The notes under the pieces: generated by a model
Told to the model about the DNA's origin: nothing
Seen by the model: the letters and a program-made list of their open reading frames with translations, nothing else
The model's database searches: none
Source: Bacillota bacterium
Lineage (GTDB): Bacteria; Bacillota; Limnochordia; DTU087
Assembly (NCBI GenBank): GCA_036786445.1
Contig: DAIQRD010000001.1
Span: 1 to 49,550, forward strand
Length of the DNA: 49,550 nucleotides
Reading direction: 5' to 3'
Made by a program: the position numbers and the translations under genes
Shown: positions 1 to 9,163 of the stretch, piece after piece
Numbering within the stretch: the first letter of the stretch is position 1
Layout of the letters: each line of letters begins with the position of its first letter

Positions 1-2440
1 CAAACCGATCTTGGACAAACCCTAGATTTGGCTGGTTGGGCTCCCCCTGACCTGCCCCCGCGGTTGCTTTTCCTAGCAGTTTGTTAAGCTCCAGGAGATG
101 AAGCTGGGCCTGTTTGTCAATATCACCAGTTAACAGAATTGCATAGTGGGCTGTCTGCAACTTGAGCACCACTGAGTTATTGTTTTGATCGAGAACAGAA
201 CGGCTAATCGAACCATGGGGGTCCCCCGTAGGATAAAGCACCATCACTTGCACCCTGGGGCCCAGGGCGAAATGGTGGCCCCGGCGCAAGATTTTCCTGG
301 GAGTCCTCCCCTCTATCTTAGCTTCCCTGAGCACCCGTTGGTACTGCTGACTGGCAAACCCAGCATCAAGCAAGCCATTGTCTGCCAATGTGTTGACAGG
401 TAGTTCTCGGAGAACAGCACCCAAGCCCTGAGTATGGTCATTATGCATATGGGTGGCCACCACCACATCCAAGTGACGGATCCCTCTATGCCGGAGAAAA
501 GGCAGCACTATATCCTCCCCTATGTCAAAGGAGCTATCTGACAGGGATGGCGGTCGACCTCCCCCATCTACCAACATGGTGTGACCTGATGGTGTGCTGA
601 CAAAAATGGCATCACCTTGGCCTACGTCCAAGAAGACGATTTCCAAAGGTCGCCACCACTGAGACAAAAATGGATAATAAACCATGAGCAAGACACACAC
701 TAAGACGCCATGGATCCAGCACTTGCGCAACCTAGTCCCCATTGCCATCTCCATGCCCAGCCATCGACGGAGAACCGCTCGATTGAGTTGCTGCATGGTA
801 AGGGTAAGTACTAGATAATATGATAGCCAAAGCATCGGCGAACCAGCTGCCATATGGAGCCTAACCCAGGACCAGACCCCGCATTGGCTAACGATATGGT
901 CCAAGGCCTCCAAGGGTAGGCAGATCATGGCGGCTAAGAACCCTAGCAGGGGGCCCCACAGGCCTGCCACACTCCCCAGCAAACCCAAGGGAACTATGAG
1001 ACTTGCCAGAGGAATGGTTACTAGACCGAGGATCAGACCCACCCAGGCAAACTCGTGGAAGTAATAGGCCATTAAAGGGAAAAGTGCTAGCTGCGCACTG
1101 AGGGATAGAATCAACAGATCAACTGCCCTGGCCGCCACTTTGCCTGGTAACGTATTTGATTGCCAATTAAAGGAACAGGTATGGCGCACGATGGGGCCCA
1201 TGTTTAGAATTCCCAGTAGCGCACCATATGACAACTGAAAACTCGTCTCAAACAGCAGACTGGGGTTGAAAAACAACTGGATAAGCGCTGCCCAACCCGT
1301 AGCTGCCAACCGATCATGACCTCGCCCCAGGCCCAAGGCCACAAGATAGATAGTCAAAGTAGTAGCCGCTCGAATCACAGGCAGATTCCATCCTGCGATC
1401 AAGGCATAAGCCCAAACAACCAGGACGGTAATGATGCCGCTACAGACCTCGCCCCAGCGTAACACCTTAAGTAGAAACCAAACCGCGGCAGCGACAAAAC
1501 CTATATGTAAACCAGATACAGAAAGCAAATGAGCTTGCCCTGTACGGCGAAACGCCTCCTGTACATCTGGGAGCAAGAGCCCTTTATCGCCAAAAACCAT
1601 GGCTGCCAACAGACCCCTGGTTCGTTCAGGTAGGTGGTCCCGCCAGACTTCGAGCAGAGTCTGTCTGATAGTCTCTGCCGAGCGCAGCAACGCAAACCGA
1701 ACACGGCCACCACCCATGTCCACACCGTGGGGCAGCAATCGCCCCACATCCTCTGTCGTTATTTTCTGGATGAGACTGTTCCCCTCGACATAGGCCACGA
1801 CCCCGATGCCCCGGCGACGGAGATAGTGTCCATAATCAAATTGACCGGGATTCCCAGCCCGCCGGGGTCGTTGAAAACGGGCTCTAACCACCACCCCATC
1901 GCCAGGCCTGAGCTCCCCCAACCCTTCCTCCGGCAATGCCACCTGGGTGATTCGAGCCAAACCCCCGTCCCGCCAGACTCCTGCAGGTGCCAAGATACCC
2001 CGAATTTCCACAATCAAGGTGCGCTGGACCGGCGTCCCGCTCGAGACTTCTCTAACCCGAGCAAAAACCGGGATTTCGTCATTGGTCTCCACCAGCCAAC
2101 CCTGACTATTTCCCACCTGTGACCAATTTACACAAAGACTGGTTGCCCCCGCCATCACCAAAAGTATTATCAAAGGGGCCCGTCCCAGACCCTTAGGCCG
2201 CAATCTGGCCCGGAAGCAGCAGACTATCCACCAGACTAGAGTAGCTAACCATGTTAGGTGAGGAGGCAAATCAAGGTGCTTGCCCAGGACTATCCCCAGG
2301 CATAGCCAAAGCACAACCCGCCAAACAAGAGAAGTGCCCAACCAGAAATCCAGAATGCCTTTGATTTGCCTTGAGAAAACCTGCCAACTCCCCGTGACCC
2401 TATGCTTGATCCCCAGCCTCGGGGAAATCAGCCGCCTCAC
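1..2440 (-). CDS. comEC: DNA internalization competence protein ComEC/Rec2; the 3' end runs off the left edge of the window
   Basis: The minus-strand frame is open from 2440 down to position 1. With no stop in the window, it is absent from the ORF track. My translation gives GNPGQFDYGHYLRRRGI and QAHLLSVSGLHIGFV (competence domain). It also gives RHLDVVVATHMHNDHTQGL, the metallo-beta-lactamase HxHxDH motif, at about 421-478 in the same frame. No in-frame ATG lies near the 5' end. I assigned the start to GTG at 2440, 5 nt after GGGGA and 17 nt after the comEA stop. The start is uncertain. Confidence 0.85.
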   Translation of the reverse strand, partial: MRRLISPRLGIKHRVTGSWQVFSRQIKGILDFWLGTSLVWRVVLWLCLGIVLGKHLDLPPHLTWLATLVWWIVCCFRARLRPKGLGRAPLIILLVMAGATSLCVNWSQVGNSQGWLVETNDEIPVFARVREVSSGTPVQRTLIVEIRGILAPAGVWRDGGLARITQVALPEEGLGELRPGDGVVVRARFQRPRRAGNPGQFDYGHYLRRRGIGVVAYVEGNSLIQKITTEDVGRLLPHGVDMGGGRVRFALLRSAETIRQTLLEVWRDHLPERTRGLLAAMVFGDKGLLLPDVQEAFRRTGQAHLLSVSGLHIGFVAAAVWFLLKVLRWGEVCSGIITVLVVWAYALIAGWNLPVIRAATTLTIYLVALGLGRGHDRLAATGWAALIQLFFNPSLLFETSFQLSYGALLGILNMGPIVRHTCSFNWQSNTLPGKVAARAVDLLILSLSAQLALFPLMAYYFHEFAWVGLILGLVTIPLASLIVPLGLLGSVAGLWGPLLGFLAAMICLPLEALDHIVSQCGVWSWVRLHMAAGSPMLWLSYYLVLTLTMQQLNRAVLRRWLGMEMAMGTRLRKCWIHGVLVCVLLMVYYPFLSQWWRPLEIVFLDVGQGDAIFVSTPSGHTMLVDGGGRPPSLSDSSFDIGEDIVLPFLRHRGIRHLDVVVATHMHNDHTQGLGAVLRELPVNTLADNGLLDAGFASQQYQRVLREAKIEGRTPRKILRRGHHFALGPRVQVMVLYPTGDPHGSISRSVLDQNNNSVVLKLQTAHYAILLTGDIDKQAQLHLLELNKLLGKATAGAGQGEPNQPNLGFVQDRF

Positions 2441-2459
2441 AGGAATCCCCAGCCCATCA

Positions 2460-2939
2460 TCATTCGTGCGCTACCGCCCCTTCATCCTGCACCGTAACGA
2501 AGGGCAACATCCTAGCCAAAGTCCTACTACCAATTCCCTTCACTTCCAGTAGCTGCTGACCATCGAGGAAAGGACCTCGTTCATTGCGATAATCCACTAT
2601 CCTTCCAGCTAGCACCGGGCCAATGCCTGGCAAAGCAGTCAGCTCTAGGGGAGAAGCAGTATTGATGTTCACCTTGGGAACTGCTTCATCAGAGGGGGTG
2701 GATGTACCCCCATCACCTGAAGCTGTATCCTTGGTCTCCTGTATAGCAGCAGGCGTGTCAGTAGGATGCCGGTCTATGTCGGCGTCTCTGTGATTGGCCT
2801 CTGCCCACAGCACTGGATCCACCTCCAATAACAGCTCGCCCTGTCGATAGAAAAGCTGAAAACCACCCCCCACTAATATGAGACAAGCGATCACCAGCAA
2901 AAAGATGTGTTCTGCCTTAGTGAACTTCATTGCAGCCAA
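2460..2939 (-). CDS. comEA: Competence protein ComEA (membrane-anchored helix-hairpin-helix DNA receptor)
   Basis: 159 aa with an N-terminal TM helix (IFLLVIACLILVGGGF). The C-terminal HhH module reads NINTASPLELTALPGIGPVLAGRIVDYRNERGPF...LLEVKGIG. The TTG start lies 7 nt after AAGGAGG. It sits immediately upstream of comEC. Confidence 0.85.
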   Translation of the reverse strand: MAAMKFTKAEHIFLLVIACLILVGGGFQLFYRQGELLLEVDPVLWAEANHRDADIDRHPTDTPAAIQETKDTASGDGGTSTPSDEAVPKVNINTASPLELTALPGIGPVLAGRIVDYRNERGPFLDGQQLLEVKGIGSRTLARMLPFVTVQDEGAVAHE

Positions 2940-3030
2940 AGATTTGTCCTCCTTTACTTGTGACTTCCGTTATTACAGTTGTGCTTAACTGGTTCTCCTC
3001 CAATTGCCGGAATCCTGCATTTTTGCCATA

Positions 3031-3059
3031 GAAAAAGAGCCATCCGCAATGGATAGCTC
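3031..3059 (-). terminator. Intrinsic terminator downstream of leuS
   Basis: The minus-strand RNA reads GAGCUAUCC-AUUGC-GGAUGGCUC (9-bp stem with one mismatch) followed by UUUUUC. It lies 67 nt after the leuS stop. Confidence 0.6.
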
Positions 3060-3125
3060 TGCTGTATTCACCTGCAATCAGCTCTATGCCGGGCTTGGAC
3101 CCTCAGCCCCACGTCCAAGAGGGCA

Positions 3126-5603
3126 TCACTTGACCACGATGTTGACTAACTTGTCAGGAACGACCACAGTCTTGATGATGGTCTTGCCATCGGTATATGC
3201 TTGCACCCGAGGCTCACCAAAAACTGCTGCCTTGATGGAGTCTGTATCACTGCCCGCAGGGACCACCACCCGTTCCCTGACTTTCCCATTGATCTGTATG
3301 ACTATAGTCACCTCTTCGGCTTTCGCGGCTTCCTCGTCATAGATCGGCCAAGCCTGCTTGTGGACGCTTTCAGTCTGGCCTAGGCGATGCCAAAGCTCCT
3401 CAGTAACATGGGGAGCAAAGGGGGCAAAGACCAAAAGCAAAAGCTCCACTGCCTCCCGCACCACCACAAGGTCTTGCTGATCTAAGGGGTTCTCCTTATA
3501 TTGATACAGCCCATTGACCATCTCCATGATGGCGCTAATGGCAGTATTGAAGCTAAATCTATCGGCAATGTCCCTGGTTACCTTTTTGACACTGCCATGG
3601 ACAATGCGCCTTAACTCCCGCTCCCGGGGTCCCAGACTCTCCGATATAGACCCTTCCCGGTCTTTAACTAGATCAACATATTCCATGACTAAGCGCCAGA
3701 CCCGATTAACAAACCTATAGGATCCTTCGACCCCCTCATCACTCCACTCTAGATCCCTTTCGGGAGGTGAAGCGAACAGTATGAACAAACGGGCAGTATC
3801 GGCACCATACTGACTGACGATGTGATCGGGGTCTACCACGTTGCCCTTGGATTTTGACATTTTGGCACCATCCCGCAATACCATACCTTGGGTCAGCAAG
3901 TTGTGGAAGGGGATATCTGCCTCCATCAGGCCAAAATCCGAAACCACCATCTGGAAAAAGCGACAATACATCAGATGTAAGATAGCGTGCTCTATCCCAC
4001 CAACATATTGATCCACCGGCATCCAGGCATCAGCCTTCTCCTTGGCAAAGGGCAACTCATTGTTGTGGGGATCGGTATACCTCAGGAAATACCATGAGGA
4101 ATCAATGAAGGTATCCATGGTGTCGGTTTCCCGCCGCCCGGGTCCACCACATTGGGGGCACTGGGTGTTGACGAATCCCTCACAATCAACTAAAGGTGAT
4201 TTGCCTGTAGGACGAAACTCGATATCTGTGGGCAGCAAGACCGGCAAATCTGCCTCAGGCACCGGTACAGCACCACATTTATCACAATAAATGATGGGAA
4301 TCGGTGTTCCCCAATATCGCTGTCTGGAAATAAGCCAGTCCCGCAATCGATAGTTAGTCTTCTCTCCGCCCCGTTCAGCTGCCGCTAGGTGTGCAGCTAT
4401 CTTCTCCCTAGCCTTCGCGCTACTCAATCCTGTAAAATCACCGGAATTGATGAGAATGCCATCATCCACATAGGCCTCAGTGAGTTCACCAGTACCGATT
4501 TGACCCTGGGGAACAACTACTTCTCGGATATTGAGACCATATTTCTTGGCGAAGGCAAAGTCCCGCTCATCATGGGCGGGCACACCCATGACAGCGCCGG
4601 TACCATATCCCCCCAATACGTAGTTGCCGATGAGGATGGGTATCCGCTCCCCATTTAAGGGATTGATGGCATAGCTTCCGGTGGGAATTCCCTTTTTCTC
4701 AGTCTCCTCAGATGTACGAGTGATCTCATCTTCCGCCAACACTTCCTTGACGAAAGCTCTAATCTCAGCGACATTGGTTTGTTGGCTGATGAGCTTCTCT
4801 ACCAAAGGGTGCTCAGGAGCTATAACCATGTAGGTCACGCCAAAGACAGTATCAGCCCTAGTGGTAAAGACTGGCAGAGCTTCATCCAGCCCTTCAATGG
4901 AAAAGACAATCTCAGCGCCTTCACTCCGCCCGATCCAGTTAGCTTGCATGGCTTTGACCTTCTCCGGCCAACCTTCCAAATCATCGAGACCATCTAAGAG
5001 GCGGTCAGCATAATCTGTGATTTTGAAAAACCACTGTTCCAGATCGGTTCTGTCCACTGCAGTGTCGCAGCGTTCGCAAAGTCCAGCCACTACTTGCTCA
5101 TTGGCCAGCACTGTAGCACACGAAGGACACCAGTTGACTGCCGCGTTTTTCCGGTAAGCTAGTCCGTGTTTGTACAAGAGCAAGAATAACCACTGGGTCC
5201 ACTGATAGTACTCCGGCTCACAGGTGGCATATTCCCGGCTCCAATCATAGCTCAATCCCAGCCGTTTCAGCTCTTCGCGCATTTGGCCTATGTTAGCCCA
5301 TGTCCATTCATGGGGATGAACATTGCGCTGGATAGCAGCATTTTCTGCTGGCAAACCAAAGGCATCCCAACCCATGGGATGGAGTACATTATAGCCTTGC
5401 ATCTGCTTGAATCTAGCTATTACATCCCCAATAGAGTAGACACGGACATGCCCCATATGCAGCCGTCCCGATGGGTAAGGGAACATCTCCAAGCAATAAT
5501 AGCGTGGGCGGCCGTCGTCTTCTACCGTTGCATAGAGTTCATCTCTATCCCAGCGCTGCTGCCACCTTTCCTCGATTTCACGGAAATTGTACCTGTCACT
5601 CAT
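3126..5603 (-). CDS. leuS: Leucine--tRNA ligase
   Basis: 825 aa. It has the class I HIGH region (PYPSGRLHMGHVRVY) and KMSKS (GAKMSKSKGN), a typical LeuS N-terminus (YNFREIEERWQQRW), and a T-box leader upstream. Confidence 0.97.
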   Translation of the reverse strand: MSDRYNFREIEERWQQRWDRDELYATVEDDGRPRYYCLEMFPYPSGRLHMGHVRVYSIGDVIARFKQMQGYNVLHPMGWDAFGLPAENAAIQRNVHPHEWTWANIGQMREELKRLGLSYDWSREYATCEPEYYQWTQWLFLLLYKHGLAYRKNAAVNWCPSCATVLANEQVVAGLCERCDTAVDRTDLEQWFFKITDYADRLLDGLDDLEGWPEKVKAMQANWIGRSEGAEIVFSIEGLDEALPVFTTRADTVFGVTYMVIAPEHPLVEKLISQQTNVAEIRAFVKEVLAEDEITRTSEETEKKGIPTGSYAINPLNGERIPILIGNYVLGGYGTGAVMGVPAHDERDFAFAKKYGLNIREVVVPQGQIGTGELTEAYVDDGILINSGDFTGLSSAKAREKIAAHLAAAERGGEKTNYRLRDWLISRQRYWGTPIPIIYCDKCGAVPVPEADLPVLLPTDIEFRPTGKSPLVDCEGFVNTQCPQCGGPGRRETDTMDTFIDSSWYFLRYTDPHNNELPFAKEKADAWMPVDQYVGGIEHAILHLMYCRFFQMVVSDFGLMEADIPFHNLLTQGMVLRDGAKMSKSKGNVVDPDHIVSQYGADTARLFILFASPPERDLEWSDEGVEGSYRFVNRVWRLVMEYVDLVKDREGSISESLGPRERELRRIVHGSVKKVTRDIADRFSFNTAISAIMEMVNGLYQYKENPLDQQDLVVVREAVELLLLVFAPFAPHVTEELWHRLGQTESVHKQAWPIYDEEAAKAEEVTIVIQINGKVRERVVVPAGSDTDSIKAAVFGEPRVQAYTDGKTIIKTVVVPDKLVNIVVK

Positions 5604-5646
5604 ACAACTACCCCCGTTCCTTGCTTAGTATTTCTCACATGATCAG

Positions 5647-5900
5647 AAAAATCCCGCCCCCTTAAGGGACGAGATCTAGCTTAGCCCGCGTTACCACCCT
5701 TGTTGATGGCCCCCAAATACCGTACTCTACCAACTTGCAAGCTGAGGGTCCACCCTCTCTTCAGCAAAGTAACGTTTGCCACACGGAATCGGCTAATTTG
5801 GTGTTTCACCAATCCATCTCCGAGGCGAGATTCAGCCAACCTTGGTACCGGCTTTCACCTAACCCGGCTCTCTAATCCCAACGGGCTAGCCTACTACTCC
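5647..5900 (-). promoter_or_regulatory. T-box riboswitch leader of leuS (apparent Leu CUC specifier)
   Basis: The minus-strand RNA carries stem I elements UUAGAGAGCCGGGUUAGGUGAAAGCCGGUAC and a specifier context GCUGAAU-CUC-GCC (CUC = 5829..5827). It also has an F-box-like AACGUUAC and the T-box sequence AGGGUGGUAACGCG (5700..5687). A terminator follows, GAUCUCGUCCC-UUAAG-GGGGCGGGAUU plus a U-run (5676..5647), 44 nt before the ATG. Confidence 0.85.
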
Positions 5901-5936
5901 TCATCATAGATATTACCTATATCTTTGTATACAGTC

Positions 5937-5965
5937 ATTATATGCAATCACACCATAAAGATCAA
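5937..5965 (-). promoter_or_regulatory. Sigma-A type promoter for the leuS T-box leader
   Basis: Minus strand TTGATC (5965..5960), a 17-nt spacer, then TATAAT (5942..5937). It is placed about 60 nt upstream of the AGAGAG box of stem I. Confidence 0.6.
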
Positions 5966-5968
5966 CCA

Positions 5969-5998
5969 GTATAATCCCTCTACCTTCCACCTATACTA
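5969..5998 (+). promoter_or_regulatory. Candidate forespore (sigma-F/sigma-G type) promoter of the spoVA operon
   Basis: GTATA (5969..5973), a 17-18 nt spacer, then cTATACTA (5991..5998). This resembles the GYATA ... CATACTA-like forespore promoter pattern. spoVA is sigma-G dependent in Bacillus. The match was made by eye only. Confidence 0.4.
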
Positions 5999-6498
5999 TG
6001 GAAAAGCATAAGCTCGGTTGGGGGGAGACACTGCCATTGGATAAGTCTACTCACGATCTACACGACAGCTATCAGCAGATGGTCAAAACCGCAACACCCA
6101 AGCCCAAGTGCGTGCAGAATACAACCCTAGCGTTTTTGGCGGGAGGCACTATCTGTGCAATAGGCCAATTAGTCTATAACCTCTTTGACAAGGTTGAGCC
6201 TAGCAGACTGGAAACATCAGCCGCTACCCTGGCAACGATCATTGCTTTAGGTGCTATAGCCACTGGGCTAGGGGTATATGATTGGCTCGCGGAACGGGCC
6301 GGCATGGGGATGGCTGTACCCATCTCTGGATTTTCAAATACTGTCACCGCCGCTGCCATGGAATTCAAACAAGAAGGATATCTTCTCGGGATGGGTGCCA
6401 AGATGTTCGTAATCGCTGGGCCTGTCTTGGTATACGGCATTTTGAGTGGTTTCGTCATCAGCCTCCTGCGGGCTATTTTCACTGGTATGCTGTTCTAG
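5998..6498 (+). CDS. spoVAC: Stage V sporulation protein AC (dipicolinate channel component)
   Basis: The region YQQMVKTATPKPKCVQNTTLAFLAGGTICAIGQ aligns by eye with B. subtilis SpoVAC (QYQKLVKQHEPKRPVLKNCLFAFIVGGLICLIGQ). There are four hydrophobic segments. The ATG at 5998 lacks an SD. An in-frame TTG at 6037 follows GGGGGGAGA by 8 nt and is the more likely start. Confidence 0.85.
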   Translation: MEKHKLGWGETLPLDKSTHDLHDSYQQMVKTATPKPKCVQNTTLAFLAGGTICAIGQLVYNLFDKVEPSRLETSAATLATIIALGAIATGLGVYDWLAERAGMGMAVPISGFSNTVTAAAMEFKQEGYLLGMGAKMFVIAGPVLVYGILSGFVISLLRAIFTGMLF

Positions 6499-6530
6499 TC
6501 TTTGCTCAATCCATGTCCAGGAGGTGCTCC

Positions 6531-7541
6531 ATGTCAGGGAAACAATTGGGATCACAGACATTACTCTTTAGTCAGCCTCCCAGGATCATCAGCAGTGCTA
6601 CCATCGCTGGGCCCAAAGAAAGGGACGGCAACCTGGGTACCTATATTGATAATCTTGTACCCGACCCAATGATGGGAGAGCAGACGCCCGAAAAAGCGGA
6701 GCGCAAAATGCTCTATCAGGCATGCCAGGATACCTTGGCTAAAACCAAACTCACCGAAGATGATATGGACTTTTTCATAGGGGGCGATCTGCTCAATCAG
6801 ATCATATCCTCCAGCTTTTGCGCTAGGGACCTGGGTATTCCCTTCATTGGGATCTATGGCGCCTGCTCCAGCATGGTGGAAGGGTTAGCGTTAGGGGCCC
6901 TGATAGTCGATGGGCAGTATGCCGATGCGGTGTTGGTGGCTACTTCCAGCCATTATCAGGCCAGTGAACGGCAATTTCGCTATCCCGTTGAACTCAACAT
7001 CCAACGCAAAGGGAGCAATCAATGGACAGTAACTGGTGCCGCGGCCGCGGTGTTGGGTAGCCGGGGTGGAGGCCCCAAGATCACCCATGCCACTTTTGGT
7101 CGGGTGATCGATTATGGTATCAAGAGCCCGGACACCATGGGCGCAGCCATGGCCCCCGCCGCCAACGATACTCTCTGTCGGCACTTTGAGGACACAAATA
7201 CATCACCGGGAGACTATGATCTCATTCTCACCGGTGACTTGGGGAATATGGGCCAAAAGCTTTTTGTGGAGCTAGCAAGGGAGGCAGGCCGAACCCTAGG
7301 CACCAAGCACATGGATGTGGGAGCAACCATCTACAAATCCCACCAAAGGGCAGGTGCCGGCGGCAGTGGTTGTGCTTGTGCTGCTTTAGGAATCCTGGGT
7401 TATGCGATTAAGGAGATGTGTCAAGGTAAGTACCGCCGAGTGTTGGCCGTGGCTACCGGTGCACTATTCAGCCCCCTGTCTTATCAGCAGGGAGATTCTA
7501 TTGGCGGTATTGCCCACGCGATTGTCCTCGACAACTCCTAA
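6531..7541 (+). CDS. spoVAD: Stage V sporulation protein AD (thiolase-fold)
   Basis: The ATG at 6531 follows AGGAGG (6518..6523). The product starts MSGKQLGSQTLLFSQPPRIISSATIAGPKE, typical of SpoVAD. The track ORF beginning at 6282 is an upstream in-frame extension that overlaps spoVAC. Confidence 0.9.
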   Translation: MSGKQLGSQTLLFSQPPRIISSATIAGPKERDGNLGTYIDNLVPDPMMGEQTPEKAERKMLYQACQDTLAKTKLTEDDMDFFIGGDLLNQIISSSFCARDLGIPFIGIYGACSSMVEGLALGALIVDGQYADAVLVATSSHYQASERQFRYPVELNIQRKGSNQWTVTGAAAAVLGSRGGGPKITHATFGRVIDYGIKSPDTMGAAMAPAANDTLCRHFEDTNTSPGDYDLILTGDLGNMGQKLFVELAREAGRTLGTKHMDVGATIYKSHQRAGAGGSGCACAALGILGYAIKEMCQGKYRRVLAVATGALFSPLSYQQGDSIGGIAHAIVLDNS

Positions 7542-7570
7542 GCGGGACTTTCCGGAAAGAAGGTGGGTTA

Positions 7571-7921
7571 TTGGACTATGTGAAGGCCTTTTTGGTGGGA
7601 GGCGCAATCTGTGCTCTAGCCCAGATCGCTTATGATAACACGAAGCTATCGACTGGCCACATCTTGGTTAGCCTCACAATCATTGGTGCCATCTTGGGTG
7701 GATTGGGGTTATATGATCTCTTAGTTGACTTTGCCGGTGCTGGTGCCCTGATTCCCGTCAGTGGATTTGGCAGCTCCATTGTCACCGGGATGCTGGTCGA
7801 GACCAAACGCTTGGGATGGGAGGGCCTTTTTACCGGCGCCTTCGAAATCACCGGTTTGGGGCTGACAAGTGCGATCATCTTCGGCACACTGATGGCTGTG
7901 CTTTTTCGGCCCAAAGACTAG
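7571..7921 (+). CDS. spoVAE: Stage V sporulation protein AE (AEB-type, 116 aa membrane protein)
   Basis: The sequence FLVGGAICALAQIAYD...IPVSGFGSSIV is paralogous to the SpoVAC motif set. It is the third gene of the spoVAC-AD-AE triad. The TTG start follows GAAAGAAGGTGGG. Confidence 0.85.
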   Translation: MDYVKAFLVGGAICALAQIAYDNTKLSTGHILVSLTIIGAILGGLGLYDLLVDFAGAGALIPVSGFGSSIVTGMLVETKRLGWEGLFTGAFEITGLGLTSAIIFGTLMAVLFRPKD

Positions 7922-7945
7922 TAAAACCACCGCACCTCACCCATG

Positions 7946-8788
7946 TCAGGACTTGCCACAGAGAAAAGTAATCCGCTCGGTTGTATCGGTAGGGGGCAAA
8001 CAAGTCAGGTCACCGTACTGCCCGAGCAGTTCCAAACCTGCGCCTTGAATAAGTTGAGTGATAGTCTCCAAAGAAAGCGCTCTTTGCACATGGGTTTCAG
8101 TTAGCTTCTCATATAAGTCTACCGTCTGCGGCAAAGACCGCTTTCTAAAGAACGCCAAATCCATATAGCAGAGCCCAGTATCTGCCTGATACTCGTTTTC
8201 CCAAATATATGCAAAGTCTCCCTGGTCAGCAGCATAAGTATGATCACCGTAGACGGTGGCAAGTTTGTATGCAGTGTTAACATCGAAGATGAAGTGGCCC
8301 CCTGGTCTGACTAGATTGGCTACGCCCTGGAAGGTAGCCGCCCAATCGGCTGACTCCAAGAGATAATTCAAACTGTCACACAGGCAAAAGACCATGTCAT
8401 ACTGGCCCGGCAGCTCTAAAGCACGCATGTCCTGCCTAACAAACTGCACTGCCAAACCTAAAGAACGGGCTTTAGCCTCGGCCACAGTCAACATGGCCGA
8501 GCAAATGTCAGTAGCCGTCACCTCAAAACCCCGCTGGCGGAAGCGGTAGGTGAACTCACCTGTGCCACAAGCCAGATCCAGTACTTTATGCGGCACCTTG
8601 GCCCTATGCTCCTGGAGTATCCCAGAATCAGCTGACTCGTTCCCCACATCCAGGACCCTCACCTCTGTGACCAAACTCAGCACATAGTCACACCAGGCAT
8701 CATAGTCTACTTCATCCATCAGCTGATCATAGTACCCAGCCAGAACCTGATAGGCGTTGGTACTAATTTGCTGCCCAGTCCACTTCAT
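7946..8788 (-). CDS. Class I SAM-dependent methyltransferase (YqeM-like)
   Basis: It has the SAM-binding motif VLDLACGTGEF and the N-terminal pattern YQVLAGYYDQLMDEVDYDAWCDYV. Its position directly after rsfS matches yqeM in B. subtilis. I chose the ATG at 8788, 8 nt after GGGG. The longer track ORF (to 8860) overlaps rsfS by 98 nt. Confidence 0.7.
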   Translation of the reverse strand: MKWTGQQISTNAYQVLAGYYDQLMDEVDYDAWCDYVLSLVTEVRVLDVGNESADSGILQEHRAKVPHKVLDLACGTGEFTYRFRQRGFEVTATDICSAMLTVAEAKARSLGLAVQFVRQDMRALELPGQYDMVFCLCDSLNYLLESADWAATFQGVANLVRPGGHFIFDVNTAYKLATVYGDHTYAADQGDFAYIWENEYQADTGLCYMDLAFFRKRSLPQTVDLYEKLTETHVQRALSLETITQLIQGAGLELLGQYGDLTCLPPTDTTERITFLCGKS

Positions 8789-9116
8789 CAGCATCGCCCC
8801 AGAGATTATCCAAATCGTAAAACTCCCTCTCTGCATGGTGAAATACGTGCACGATGACATCTCCTAGATCCACCAATACCCAGCGGGCGTCATCGCCACC
8901 TTCCCGCCTCTTGATCTTGAGATCATCATCTTTGACCTCATCGAGAATAGCTCCGGTGATAGCCCTTAGGTGGACCATAGAGTCACCACTGCAGATCACA
9001 AAATAGTCGGTAATAAAGGTAACCGACCTCATATCCAACACTTTGACATCAAGAGCCTTTCTGTCCGAGGCCGCCTGTGCCACCCGCAACGCTAGATTTC
9101 TACTATCCAGTACCAT
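8763..9116 (-). CDS. rsfS: Ribosomal silencing factor RsfS
   Basis: 117 aa with ALDVKVLDMRSVTFITDYFVICSGDS...HVFHHAEREFYDLDNLW, typical of the RsfS/YbeB/iojap family. Confidence 0.9.
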   Translation of the reverse strand: MVLDSRNLALRVAQAASDRKALDVKVLDMRSVTFITDYFVICSGDSMVHLRAITGAILDEVKDDDLKIKRREGGDDARWVLVDLGDVIVHVFHHAEREFYDLDNLWGDADEVDWAAN

Positions 9117-9163
9117 CTCTCCTCCCTTTCAGCTAACCTTTAGGCAACAAAAAACTCACAAGG

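Noticed and set aside
1501-2552. Several 64-162 aa ORFs on both strands (1634..2122 +, 1501..1749 -, 1759..2013 -, 2280..2552 +).
   Set aside because: They all lie inside or antisense to the continuous comEC reading frame, which carries strong ComEC motifs. Their translations are Pro/Arg/Ser-rich, as expected for off-frame reads of a coding region.
5700-5909. A 69-aa plus-strand ORF in the leuS-spoVAC intergenic region.
   Set aside because: It is antisense to a well-supported T-box leader. It has no SD and a low-complexity translation.
6282-6530. An 83-codon N-terminal extension of the ORF-track SpoVAD call, overlapping spoVAC.
   Set aside because: The extension is Arg/His/Cys/Trp-rich, which is out-of-frame spoVAC sequence. 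A canonical AGGAGG-ATG at 6531 begins the conserved SpoVAD N-terminus.
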